Below the pieces are notes generated by a model. The model was not told the origin of the DNA. It searched no databases and saw only the letters and a program-made list of their open reading frames with translations. Source: Bacteroidota bacterium (GTDB lineage Bacteria; Bacteroidota; Bacteroidia; CAIKAF01). Taken from it: 64,000 bases of DNA. Position numbers and translations under genes: made by a program. Location of the stretch: NCBI GenBank assembly GCA_016866335.1, contig VGMT01000004.1, forward strand, positions 15,294 through 79,293, in the 5' to 3' direction. The first letter of the stretch is position 1. The number at the start of each line of letters is the position of its first letter. Positions 45,718 through 53,958 of the stretch are shown one piece after another.

Positions 45718-45981
45718 TCAATTCTGCATCAAAACATAAAACATAACCACCAATAGACCTAGCACGGCTATGGCAATAGCCACCTTTTCCTTAAACTCAT
45801 CTACTTTCTGCCGCTGTTGACGCAATTTAATATACTCATTTCTTAATTCGGTGATTTTTGCATCGTCCGGCCCTTCCTCAAAACCGCAATTCGGACATTC
45901 CGATTGCTGCTGGGAAAAATCTTTTAGACAAACCGGGCAAGACCAGCCCCAATCGTTAAATTCTCGTTGATCAGTTCCCAT
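45718..45981 (-). CDS. Small zinc-ribbon protein with a C-terminal TM anchor (hypothetical)
   Basis: CPVC..(13 aa)..CPNC, then a charged coiled segment, then VAIAIAVLGLLVVMFYVL at the C-terminus. Confidence 0.5.
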   Translation of the reverse strand: MGTDQREFNDWGWSCPVCLKDFSQQQSECPNCGFEEGPDDAKITELRNEYIKLRQQRQKVDEFKEKVAIAIAVLGLLVVMFYVLMQN

Positions 45982-46395
45982 GGAATAATTTCAAACTTTT
46001 CTTACGGCAAATATTTCCCTTAAAGACGATTAAAAGACGTTCAAAAGGCAAAAATATTGCAGTAAATCACTCCTTTAAACATCTTTCCATACAAATATAA
46101 AGGAAAATTTATTTCTGCGTTAATAGAATGTTGTCCTGAAACGTGATTTGCCTGCCCCAAAAGATTAAATATGCTGCCTTTGGTTGATTGAACAGGTTTT
46201 TATCCTCTCTTGATTGGTTGAACACAAAATTGGCATGGTTTTTTCTTACTCGACCTCTGACGTGTTTTTTCCTTGGGACCTAGATGTCTTGAATTACTCA
46301 AACATCTAATTTCCATTGTTTTATATTTCTTTTGTCCCTTTACAAGGGGCGTGGCATGATTTTTGCTAAAATGCCGCGTTAAGGAATATTTTAAA

Positions 46396-49300
46396 ATGGA
46401 GAAAACCCTACCTAACCAAGTTGAGCCTATCGCTATTGTAGGCATTGGATGTCGTTTCCCCGGTGGCGCTGCCAGTCCGGATGAATTCTGGAACCTATTG
46501 GCCGAAGGCACCGATTGCATTATAGACGTACCGAAAGACCGCTGGGACTATCGCCGGTATTTTGATCCCGAAACCGACCGGCCAGGGAAGTCCCACCAAT
46601 TCCAGGGCGGCTTTTTAAAGCTGCGCGTCGAAGAATTTGACCCCCTTTTCTTTGGTATGTCCCCTCGCGAGGCCGCCGTTCTTGATCCTCAACAACGGTT
46701 GTTGCTCCAAACTACTTGGGAGGCATTCGAAGATGCGGGGTACACCGCAGAACAAATGAAAGGATCTGAAACCGGCGTTTTTGTGGGCGGATTTTGCTTC
46801 GATAATAAATTGCAACAACTAGGGCCCCTTAACAGGGATTTAATCGGTTCTCATACCGCGACGTCCTCTACAATGGTTATGCTTTCGAACCGCATTTCCT
46901 ACGCGTTTGACCTTCGAGGCCCTTCCTTAAGTATTGATACCGCATGTTCTTCCGCTTTGGTGGCTGCCCACTATGCCTGCCAATCCATTTGGTCTGGCGA
47001 AAGCGATATGGCCATTGCCGGAGGTGTAAATATTATGCTGCGCCCCGAGTATCCCATTGCTATGAGCAAAGGTCAATTCCTGAGCAAGCACAGCCGATGC
47101 AAAGCCTTTGATGAAGATGCCGGTGGATATGTGCGTGGTGAAGGTGTTGGAGTGGTTATTTTTAAACCCCTTTCCAAAGCCATGGCCGACGGCGATTATG
47201 TCTATGCCGTTGTGCGCTCTACAGGTTCAAACCAAGATGGTGCCACCAACGGCATCACAGTGCCGAACCCCGATGCCCAAGAGGCCCTAATCCGAAAGGT
47301 GTACGAACGTGCGGGCATTAAACCTACCGATATACGCTATGTTGAAGCGCACGGAACCGGAACAAAGGCCGGGGACCCCGTTGAGATTACCGCTTTAAAT
47401 AATGTGCTTTCTGAAGGCAGGGCCCCGGGCGATAAGGTTTTTGTAGGTTCGGTAAAAACCAACATTGGCCACCTTGAGGCTGGAGCCGGCATTGCTGGAA
47501 TCATCAAATCTGCGATTTCCGTAAACCGCCGCCAAATTCCTCCACACCTTCACTTTAAAAAAGCCAACCCCAAAATCGATTTCGAAAACCTGGCCTTAAA
47601 AGTGCCTCTAACCCTAGAGGCCTATCCAGAAGGGCCAGCCTTGGTTTCCATCAATTCATTCGGCTACGGTGGTACCAACGGCCACATGGTGGTTCAAGAA
47701 CCTCCCCGCGATTACCTAAGCCATTTTCAGCCAAACGGCAAAGACGTTCAACGCCATCAATGGCTGTTCCCAATATCCGCCCGAAGCGAAAACGCCCTCA
47801 AAGGCATTGTGGTAAAATACATCGACTTCTTGAAGAAAGGCGATATTGGCTTGGCCGATTTTGCCTATTCGTTAAGCCACCGTCGCACCCACCACAATCA
47901 CCGATTGACCGTTGTGGCCGGCAGCAAAGAAGAACTTTTGGAAAAATTGCAGGCCTATGCCAATGGCGATGCCGCACCCGGATTGAACCAACAACAAACC
48001 GTTGAACAGCCTCAATTGGTTTGGGTGTTTACCGGAATGGGGCCCCAATGGTGGGCCATGGGTCGTGAATTGTACAACCAAGAACCGCTTTTTAAAGCCA
48101 AACTCGACGAATGCGATGCGATTTTCAAAGGCATTGCCGGTTGGTCGCTCTTGGAAGAAATGATGAAGCCCGAGGCCGAATCTGGCATGGCCGCAACAAA
48201 AATTGCTCAGCCCGCCAATTTCTTCGTTCAAGCCGGCCTAATTGAGCTTTGGGAAAATTGGGGCATCCGCCCCGACGCCGTGGTCGGCCATTCCGTAGGC
48301 GAAGTTCCTGCCGCTTATTATTCAGGTGCCCTGACTTTGGCCGAAGGTGTGCTGGTTTCGTACCACCGCTCTCGCTGCCAGCAAATGACCGCCGGACAAG
48401 GTACCATGCTGGCCGTTGGGCTTGGCGAAGACGATGCCCAAGCTTTGGTTAATGAGCTGGGTTTGACCTCTACCATTTCGGTAGCCGCCATCAACTCTTT
48501 TAGTGGTGTAACTTTAGCAGGAACCAAAGATTCCTTAGAAAAAGTAGGCGAGGTTTGCACCCAAAGGCAAATTTTCAATAAAATGCTGACGGTCGAGGTG
48601 GCCTACCACTCCTACCAAATGGATCCTTTGCAAGAGGAACTTTTGAAATCTTTGGCCAACCTTAAGCCCCAAACCGCAAAAATTCCATTGTATTCAACCG
48701 TTACCGGTACCCGGATGGACGGAAAGGAATTTGGCACGGAGTACTGGTGGCAAAACGTGAGGCAGCCTGTGCGTTTTGCGAAGGCCGCCCAAACCCTGGT
48801 GAACGACGGCTATTCTATTTTCTTGGAAGTGGGCCCTCACCCTGTTTTGCGCACCAACATCAATGAGTGCTTGAATGCCGCCGATAAAAAAGGCCATACC
48901 GTTCCTTCTTTGCGCCGCGGCGATCCAGAATTGGCGACCCTGCTCAATAGCTTAGGTATGCTCCACGGATTGGGATTCCAAGTTAATTGGGCCAACTTTA
49001 CCTCCGGCGGACACTTCGTGAAATTGCCTACCTACGCCTGGGATATGGACGATTATTGGCAAGAATCCCCACGCTCGATCGAAGAAAAACACGGCGTACC
49101 CGGACATGTGTTCCTGAACAACAACCTACGCATGCCTTTCCCCGCTTGGGAGGTTGAAATCAACCGTTATTTTATGCCTTGGATGGACGACCATAAAATT
49201 GAGTCCATGACCGTTATCCCAGGAGCCGCTTACGTCGAGGCCGGCCTAGCTTTGCACGAAAAAACGTTCGAGAACCAAGCCTGTACTTTGCAAAATCTTG

Positions 49301-52300
49301 AGTTCCACCAGGTTTTGGTGGTTGATGAAAAGAAAGTGCAAATGTTCCATACCCAATACAACCCTTCAACCAAAGGATATTCGGTGTTTAGCCGCTACCG
49401 CGAAGACGAATCACCCTGGACCCTGCATGCCACTGGTCGCATGCTGAAAGACACCGTTTCGCGTACCATTCCAACCTTCGGTTTTGGAGAGGTGCAAAAG
49501 CGATGCACCAAAGAATTGTCGGCTCCCGATTTGTATGTTACTCTTGCCAACCGAGGCCTACACTATGGGCCATGGTTCCAGGGAATCAAGCAAATTTTTA
49601 AAGGAGACAACGAGGTACTGGTGCGGATTGAAGGCAATGAATCTCTAGCCATCAATACCGATAATTACCTGCTGCACCCCACCATTTTGGACTCTGGTTT
49701 CCAAACCATGGTGGCCATTGTTGAAGAAAGCAGCAACAACCCAAGTCCGTTTGTCCCTGTTTCCATTTCACAGGTGGTATTTTATACCAGCCCTGGCGAG
49801 GCGTGTTGGAGCTACTGCCAAATTACCGAACGCAAAGAAAACAGCATCAAAGGCGATTTGATTTTGTTCGACGACCGCGGAGAAGTCTTGGTTTCTCTTC
49901 ATGGAATCACCTGCCAAGCCATTTCTTCGGGCAGCGGCAGCGAAGACAACACTTCGGACGAATGGTTCTATGAATACCAATGGAAAACATCTGAAGTCGA
50001 AGCCTCTCAAGTGGCCGGCGAACATTGGATGATTTTTGGCGACGATGCAGACCTAACAACCGATTTGATTGGCGCCCTGGCCGAACAAGGGGTAACCAGC
50101 ACCTTGGTTATGGCCGCCGACGATTACATGCTCGAAGACATGCTGGCTACCGTACGTCCTAATCAGGAAGCCGATTTTAACCAATTGATGAGCGATACCA
50201 AAGAAATGGGAATTTCAAGGGTGCTGTATTTGTGGTCGGCTCAGCCCGATTCTGAAAACCTAGCTTTGACCCCCGATGGCATTGTTGATCGCACCATGCC
50301 CGCTGTGTATTTGGGCAAGGCTTTGGCATCAAACTGGGGCGGAAAATCAGTGAAGTGGGCAAGCGTAACCACAGGAGCCCAAGCACTGCGCGAGGGCGAA
50401 GCCCTGGCTTCACTCGAAACTACCCCGTTCTGGGGTATGGCTCGACTTATCAGCAACGAGCATCCAAACATTAAAACCTGCATGGTCGATTTGGCCGCTG
50501 CCGATTCAAACGCCAATACCCTTGTGCGCGAACTGAGCAGCGATTGGAATCAAGACGATGTGGCTTACCGAAACGGACAGCGTTACGTTAAAACCCTGCA
50601 GCGGGCTTCGTTCAAAGACGACTCGGCCGAAAAAACCACCCTGGTTTCAACCGAAACCCCGGTTTCGCTCGAAATTGGGCAAATTGGCCGCATCGATTCC
50701 TTGCACTACGAACGCACCGAACGCCGGGCACCCGAGGCCGGAGAAGTGGAAATTCAAACGTTCGCCTCTTGCCTTAACTTAAAAGACGTCCTAAAGGTGA
50801 TTGGCCAACTTTCACTCAAAGCGACTTCGGGAACCTACTTTGAAAGCACCTTTGGAATGGAGGCCAGCGGCATTGTTACCCGCGTAGGCGCAGGCGTTAC
50901 CGACTTTAAAGTGGGCGACGAAATCGTTCTTGCAGCTCAAAACGGTTGCTTGAAATCTTACGTTACCGCCTTGCCAACCTTCTACATTCGCAAACCCAAA
51001 CACATTGCTTGGGAAGATTGCCTAATGGTGGTTCCTTACATGACCGTATTGTATGGCTTGCGCGATAGGGCTCAACTCCAGAAAGGAGAAAAAATCCTGA
51101 TTCACAATGCCACCGGTGGAGTAGGCCTTGCCGCTATTCAGTGGGCGAAACATGTGGGTGCCGAAATTTTTGCCACCGCAGGTAGCGAAGAAAAACGGCA
51201 GCATTTGAAAAACCTAGGTCTGGATCACGTGTACGATTCCAGGTCACTGGATTTTGCTACCGACATTCGCCGCGATACCGGCGGGTACGGGGTAGATGTG
51301 GTTATCAATGCCATCGCCGGCGAAGCCCTGTATCAATCCTTCGAACTGTTGGCCTCATACGGCCGATTCGTAGAAATCGGAAAACGCGACATCTCTGAAA
51401 ACAACGGTCTGCCAATGGCGGCCTTTAACCGCAACATTACCTTCCACGGCATTGACGTAGATAGGTTGATGATCGAACGAACTCCCGTTGTTCAAGGACT
51501 GCTTCGCGATATTGAACGCTACTACGACCAAGGCATTTTTGCCGCCGTTAACACCCATTTGTTCGGTGCGGCCCAAGCCGAAGAAGCCTTTACCTTCTTG
51601 GCCCAATCAAAACACATGGGCAAGGTGGTGATGAACTTTAAAGACCAGGCCGTGCCAGTAGCCAAAACCCAAGAAACCAAGGAATTGGATTTGGAAGGTT
51701 CTTACATGATTACCGGCGGTACCGGCGGATTTGGTTTGCAAATTGCCGATTGGTTAAGCCAACGCGGCGTGGCTCAGTTGATCTTGGCCTCGCGCAGCGG
51801 TGCCAAATCAGACGAGGCCAAAGAAGCCATTGCAAAAATGCAGGCCCGCGGAACCAACGTCTGGGCCGAGCCCCTCGACATCACCAATGCCGATGCCGTA
51901 AACGCTATGATTCAATCCATGCAAGGCAACATGCCTGCTCTGAAAGGCATTGTGCACGGAGCCGTGGTGTTGGACGATGGTTTCTTGATGGATATGAACC
52001 GCGACCGGTTTATGACTTCATTCCAGGCTAAAGTAGGCGGAGCCTTGAATTTGCACCGCGCTACCCAGCATCTGAATCTTGATTTCTTCCTGTCTTTCTC
52101 TTCCATTTCAGCGTTGATTGGAAACAACGGACAGGCCAACTATGTGGCTGCCAACGCTTTCTTAGATGGTTTTGCCCATTACAGAAGTGGCTTGGGTTTG
52201 GCCGGAACCACCGTGAATTTGGGTGTGCTTGGCGAGGTGGGCGTGGCCGCCCGCGATGCCAACGTTACGGCCATTTTGGAATCGGGCGGAATCAAAGGCT

Positions 52301-52839
52301 TTAGCAACAAACAAGCCTTAGACGGCTTGGGAATGGTCCTTGACCAAGCTCCGGTGCAAATAGGAATGTTTGACGTTGATTGGCACCGCTGGGCCAGCGT
52401 GAACGGCGGGGCGGCTCAATCTTCAAGGTTTAAAGACCTTGTTGCTGCCGCAGGAGCTGGTAGCGGTACCAACGCGGTGCTGGGCGAATTGGCTGCAGCG
52501 CTTACTGTGCTGAGCGAGTCCGAGCGTTTGGGCTTTATGGAGCAAGCCACCGCCGAAGAATTGGCTGGAGTTCTGAAGCTTTCGGTCGAGAAAATTGACC
52601 GCAGCCGGGGCATCAATTTGCTGGGCATCGACTCGCTTATGGCGGTTGAACTGGGCCGGGCAATTCAAGGCCGATTTGGTCTTGAAGTGAGCACCATGGA
52701 GCTGTTGAGCGGTCCAAATACAACCCAGTTGGCCTCGGCTTTGCTTGAAAAAGCGAAGGCTTCGGGCGCGCTCATGGGCAATGTGGACGACCTAAGCGAG
52801 GAGGAGCTTGACGCTCTGCTGGCCGAAGTCAAAGAATAA
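46396..52839 (+). CDS. Single-module, fully reducing type I polyketide synthase (KS-AT-DH-ER-KR-ACP, no TE)
   Basis: All six domains are recognised by active-site motifs (see the domain entries). The ATG at 46396 (MEKTLPNQVEPIAIVGIGCRFPGG) is preferred over the ORF-track start at 46363. Confidence 0.97.
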   Translation: MEKTLPNQVEPIAIVGIGCRFPGGAASPDEFWNLLAEGTDCIIDVPKDRWDYRRYFDPETDRPGKSHQFQGGFLKLRVEEFDPLFFGMSPREAAVLDPQQRLLLQTTWEAFEDAGYTAEQMKGSETGVFVGGFCFDNKLQQLGPLNRDLIGSHTATSSTMVMLSNRISYAFDLRGPSLSIDTACSSALVAAHYACQSIWSGESDMAIAGGVNIMLRPEYPIAMSKGQFLSKHSRCKAFDEDAGGYVRGEGVGVVIFKPLSKAMADGDYVYAVVRSTGSNQDGATNGITVPNPDAQEALIRKVYERAGIKPTDIRYVEAHGTGTKAGDPVEITALNNVLSEGRAPGDKVFVGSVKTNIGHLEAGAGIAGIIKSAISVNRRQIPPHLHFKKANPKIDFENLALKVPLTLEAYPEGPALVSINSFGYGGTNGHMVVQEPPRDYLSHFQPNGKDVQRHQWLFPISARSENALKGIVVKYIDFLKKGDIGLADFAYSLSHRRTHHNHRLTVVAGSKEELLEKLQAYANGDAAPGLNQQQTVEQPQLVWVFTGMGPQWWAMGRELYNQEPLFKAKLDECDAIFKGIAGWSLLEEMMKPEAESGMAATKIAQPANFFVQAGLIELWENWGIRPDAVVGHSVGEVPAAYYSGALTLAEGVLVSYHRSRCQQMTAGQGTMLAVGLGEDDAQALVNELGLTSTISVAAINSFSGVTLAGTKDSLEKVGEVCTQRQIFNKMLTVEVAYHSYQMDPLQEELLKSLANLKPQTAKIPLYSTVTGTRMDGKEFGTEYWWQNVRQPVRFAKAAQTLVNDGYSIFLEVGPHPVLRTNINECLNAADKKGHTVPSLRRGDPELATLLNSLGMLHGLGFQVNWANFTSGGHFVKLPTYAWDMDDYWQESPRSIEEKHGVPGHVFLNNNLRMPFPAWEVEINRYFMPWMDDHKIESMTVIPGAAYVEAGLALHEKTFENQACTLQNLEFHQVLVVDEKKVQMFHTQYNPSTKGYSVFSRYREDESPWTLHATGRMLKDTVSRTIPTFGFGEVQKRCTKELSAPDLYVTLANRGLHYGPWFQGIKQIFKGDNEVLVRIEGNESLAINTDNYLLHPTILDSGFQTMVAIVEESSNNPSPFVPVSISQVVFYTSPGEACWSYCQITERKENSIKGDLILFDDRGEVLVSLHGITCQAISSGSGSEDNTSDEWFYEYQWKTSEVEASQVAGEHWMIFGDDADLTTDLIGALAEQGVTSTLVMAADDYMLEDMLATVRPNQEADFNQLMSDTKEMGISRVLYLWSAQPDSENLALTPDGIVDRTMPAVYLGKALASNWGGKSVKWASVTTGAQALREGEALASLETTPFWGMARLISNEHPNIKTCMVDLAAADSNANTLVRELSSDWNQDDVAYRNGQRYVKTLQRASFKDDSAEKTTLVSTETPVSLEIGQIGRIDSLHYERTERRAPEAGEVEIQTFASCLNLKDVLKVIGQLSLKATSGTYFESTFGMEASGIVTRVGAGVTDFKVGDEIVLAAQNGCLKSYVTALPTFYIRKPKHIAWEDCLMVVPYMTVLYGLRDRAQLQKGEKILIHNATGGVGLAAIQWAKHVGAEIFATAGSEEKRQHLKNLGLDHVYDSRSLDFATDIRRDTGGYGVDVVINAIAGEALYQSFELLASYGRFVEIGKRDISENNGLPMAAFNRNITFHGIDVDRLMIERTPVVQGLLRDIERYYDQGIFAAVNTHLFGAAQAEEAFTFLAQSKHMGKVVMNFKDQAVPVAKTQETKELDLEGSYMITGGTGGFGLQIADWLSQRGVAQLILASRSGAKSDEAKEAIAKMQARGTNVWAEPLDITNADAVNAMIQSMQGNMPALKGIVHGAVVLDDGFLMDMNRDRFMTSFQAKVGGALNLHRATQHLNLDFFLSFSSISALIGNNGQANYVAANAFLDGFAHYRSGLGLAGTTVNLGVLGEVGVAARDANVTAILESGGIKGFSNKQALDGLGMVLDQAPVQIGMFDVDWHRWASVNGGAAQSSRFKDLVAAAGAGSGTNAVLGELAAALTVLSESERLGFMEQATAEELAGVLKLSVEKIDRSRGINLLGIDSLMAVELGRAIQGRFGLEVSTMELLSGPNTTQLASALLEKAKASGALMGNVDDLSEEELDALLAEVKE
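46423..47700 (+). other. PKS ketosynthase domain
   Basis: IAIVGIGCRFPGG. SIDTACSSALVA with the Cys codon at 46945-46947. EAHGTGTKAGDP. KTNIGHLEAGAG. Confidence 0.95.
48013..48990 (+). other. PKS acyltransferase domain
   Basis: VWVFTGMGPQW. VVGHSVGEV with the Ser codon at 48292-48294. The specificity position reads VAYH, which is neither canonical HAFH nor YASH. Confidence 0.9.
49090..49930 (+). other. PKS dehydratase domain
   Basis: HVFLNN..PWMDDHKIESMTVIPGAAYVE (His codon at 49192-49194; the HxxxGxxxxP position has S in place of G). Downstream ..LLHPTILDSGFQ... Confidence 0.8.
50690..51640 (+). other. PKS enoylreductase domain (MDR type)
   Basis: GEVEIQTFASCLNLKDV.., ..ILIHNATGGVGLAAIQWAKHVGAEIFATAGS.., ..MGKVVM. 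Confidence 0.9.
51697..52250 (+). other. PKS ketoreductase domain (B-type, LDD motif)
   Basis: YMITGGTGGFGLQIADWL. HGAVVLDDGF (LDD). SSISALIGNNGQANYVAANAFLD. Confidence 0.9.
52480..52750 (+). other. PKS acyl carrier protein domain
   Basis: LLGIDSLMAVEL, with the phosphopantetheine Ser codon at 52633-52635. The protein ends about 70 aa later with no thioesterase. Confidence 0.9.
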
Positions 52840-52847
52840 ATGAACGC

Positions 52848-52880
52848 AACCGGCGAGCTTGGTCTTGCCGGTTTTTTTTG
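52848..52880 (+). terminator. Rho-independent terminator of the PKS gene
   Basis: AACCGGC-gagcttggtctt-GCCGGTT followed by TTTTTTT. Confidence 0.8.
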
Positions 52881-52881
52881 C

Positions 52882-53036
52882 TTTTTTTGGGGGCCATTTC
52901 CGGCTTTACGTTCTAGGGCGCAGCCATAAACGGCACTGGGCTGGGCGCTGCGTGGGCTCCCAAGGTCGCCTCCGCCCGCCTGCCCAGTTTGGCCGTTTGT
53001 GGCCACGCCCTATCACTGCTATCCGGGGCCCGGGCC
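52882..53036 (+). repeat. GC-rich intergenic repeat, family B, copy B2 (B-type ends with an A-type apex hairpin)
   Basis: The ends match B1. The centre contains GCGTGGGCTCCCAAGGTCGCCTCCGC (compare family A), flanked by pairing arms AAACGGCACTGGGC / GCCCAGTTTGGCCGTTT. Confidence 0.85.
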
Positions 53037-53088
53037 AACCCATTCTAAGCTCCCTCTTTTTATTGGAACATGTCCGATTTATGGCCGC

Positions 53089-53233
53089 CCGCGGCAGGGA
53101 TTGAAGAGGCTTGCCCGCAAGGGAGCCGAAGACTGGCCCGCTAGGTGCGGAGGCGACTTTAGGAGCCCCCGCAAACCAGCTGGGCCAGCCTTTCGGCAAC
53201 CGCGGACTAGCCCTGAAAGCCCGCAGGCGCCCC
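53089..53233 (-). repeat. GC-rich structured intergenic repeat, family A, copy A4 (inverted orientation)
   Basis: The reverse complement aligns with A2/A3 over its full length. Lies about 50 nt after B2. Confidence 0.93.
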
Positions 53234-53420
53234 CGTTAAAAAAGGCCCTTTACCTCTATTTTTAATCGAGTTGAACATTGGTAACATGTAGTATATCAGT
53301 TGTTTAAACTATAAATGCCCCTAAATTCCGGCTCGAATTATATAGAAAATCCTGAAACCTTTGCCAATAAAGGGTTTTAAGCTGTTTATGGACCCTATTT
53401 CCCCCATTATTTATTAACAA

Positions 53421-53456
53421 AGTGGGAAAAAGTGGGAATTAGTGGGTAAAAGTGGG
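53421..53456 (+). promoter_or_regulatory. Predicted MraZ operator: four AGTGGG direct repeats with exact 10-bp phasing
   Basis: AGTGGGaaaaAGTGGGaattAGTGGGtaaaAGTGGG, with repeats at 53421, 53431, 53441 and 53451, 38 nt upstream of the mraZ ATG. This matches the published TGGGN direct-repeat MraZ sites in the mraZ promoter region. Confidence 0.8.
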
Positions 53457-53493
53457 AAAACTTGGCTAATTTAGCCTCTCAGAAGCCCCACCT

Positions 53494-53958
53494 ATGGCCC
53501 ATTTTATCGGAGAACATAGCGCAAAAATTGACTCGAAAGGAAGGGTATTGTTCCCTGCCTCCTTTCGAAAGCAATTGGCGGGCGAGGGCCAAGAAGAGTT
53601 CGTTTTGAACCGCGGTTTTGAGCGCTGCCTGGTGCTGTACCCCCGCAAGGAATGGGATTCCATTTCAGCTCAATTGGCCAAGTTGAATCCTTTTAAGAAG
53701 GAAAACCGCCAGTTTGTTCGGCAATTTAACAACGGCGCTATGCCCATTGTCTTGGATTCTGCCGGGCGTATGCTGATTGGAAAAGAGCTGCTGACCTATG
53801 CCGGAATTTCGGGCGATATGGTGTTTGCGGCCAACGGAAACAAAATCGAACTGTGGTCAAAGGCCGATTACGACCAAATGATGGAAATTGACTCGGACAG
53901 CTTTGCCGATTTGGCCGAGCGCGTTATGGGCGGGAATTTTAATGCCTCTGAAGAATAA
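53494..53958 (+). CDS. mraZ: Transcriptional regulator MraZ
   Basis: FIGEHSAKIDSKGRVLFPASFRKQL.., with the second half ..LDSAGRMLIGKELL... Confidence 0.95.
   Translation: MAHFIGEHSAKIDSKGRVLFPASFRKQLAGEGQEEFVLNRGFERCLVLYPRKEWDSISAQLAKLNPFKKENRQFVRQFNNGAMPIVLDSAGRMLIGKELLTYAGISGDMVFAANGNKIELWSKADYDQMMEIDSDSFADLAERVMGGNFNASEE

Noticed and set aside
47760-52668. Many 60-120-aa ORFs on both strands inside the PKS, such as 47872-48231 (-) and 51750-52031 (+).
   Set aside because: They are embedded in a continuous 6.4-kb frame with intact catalytic motifs. They are typical shadow ORFs of relatively GC-rich coding DNA.
46396-52839. Considered a PUFA-synthase (PfaA-like) or multimodular assembly-line interpretation of the PKS.
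   Set aside because: There is only one ACP, no tandem ACPs, and no pfaB/C/D-like or additional module genes on either side. The domain order is that of a single fully reducing module.
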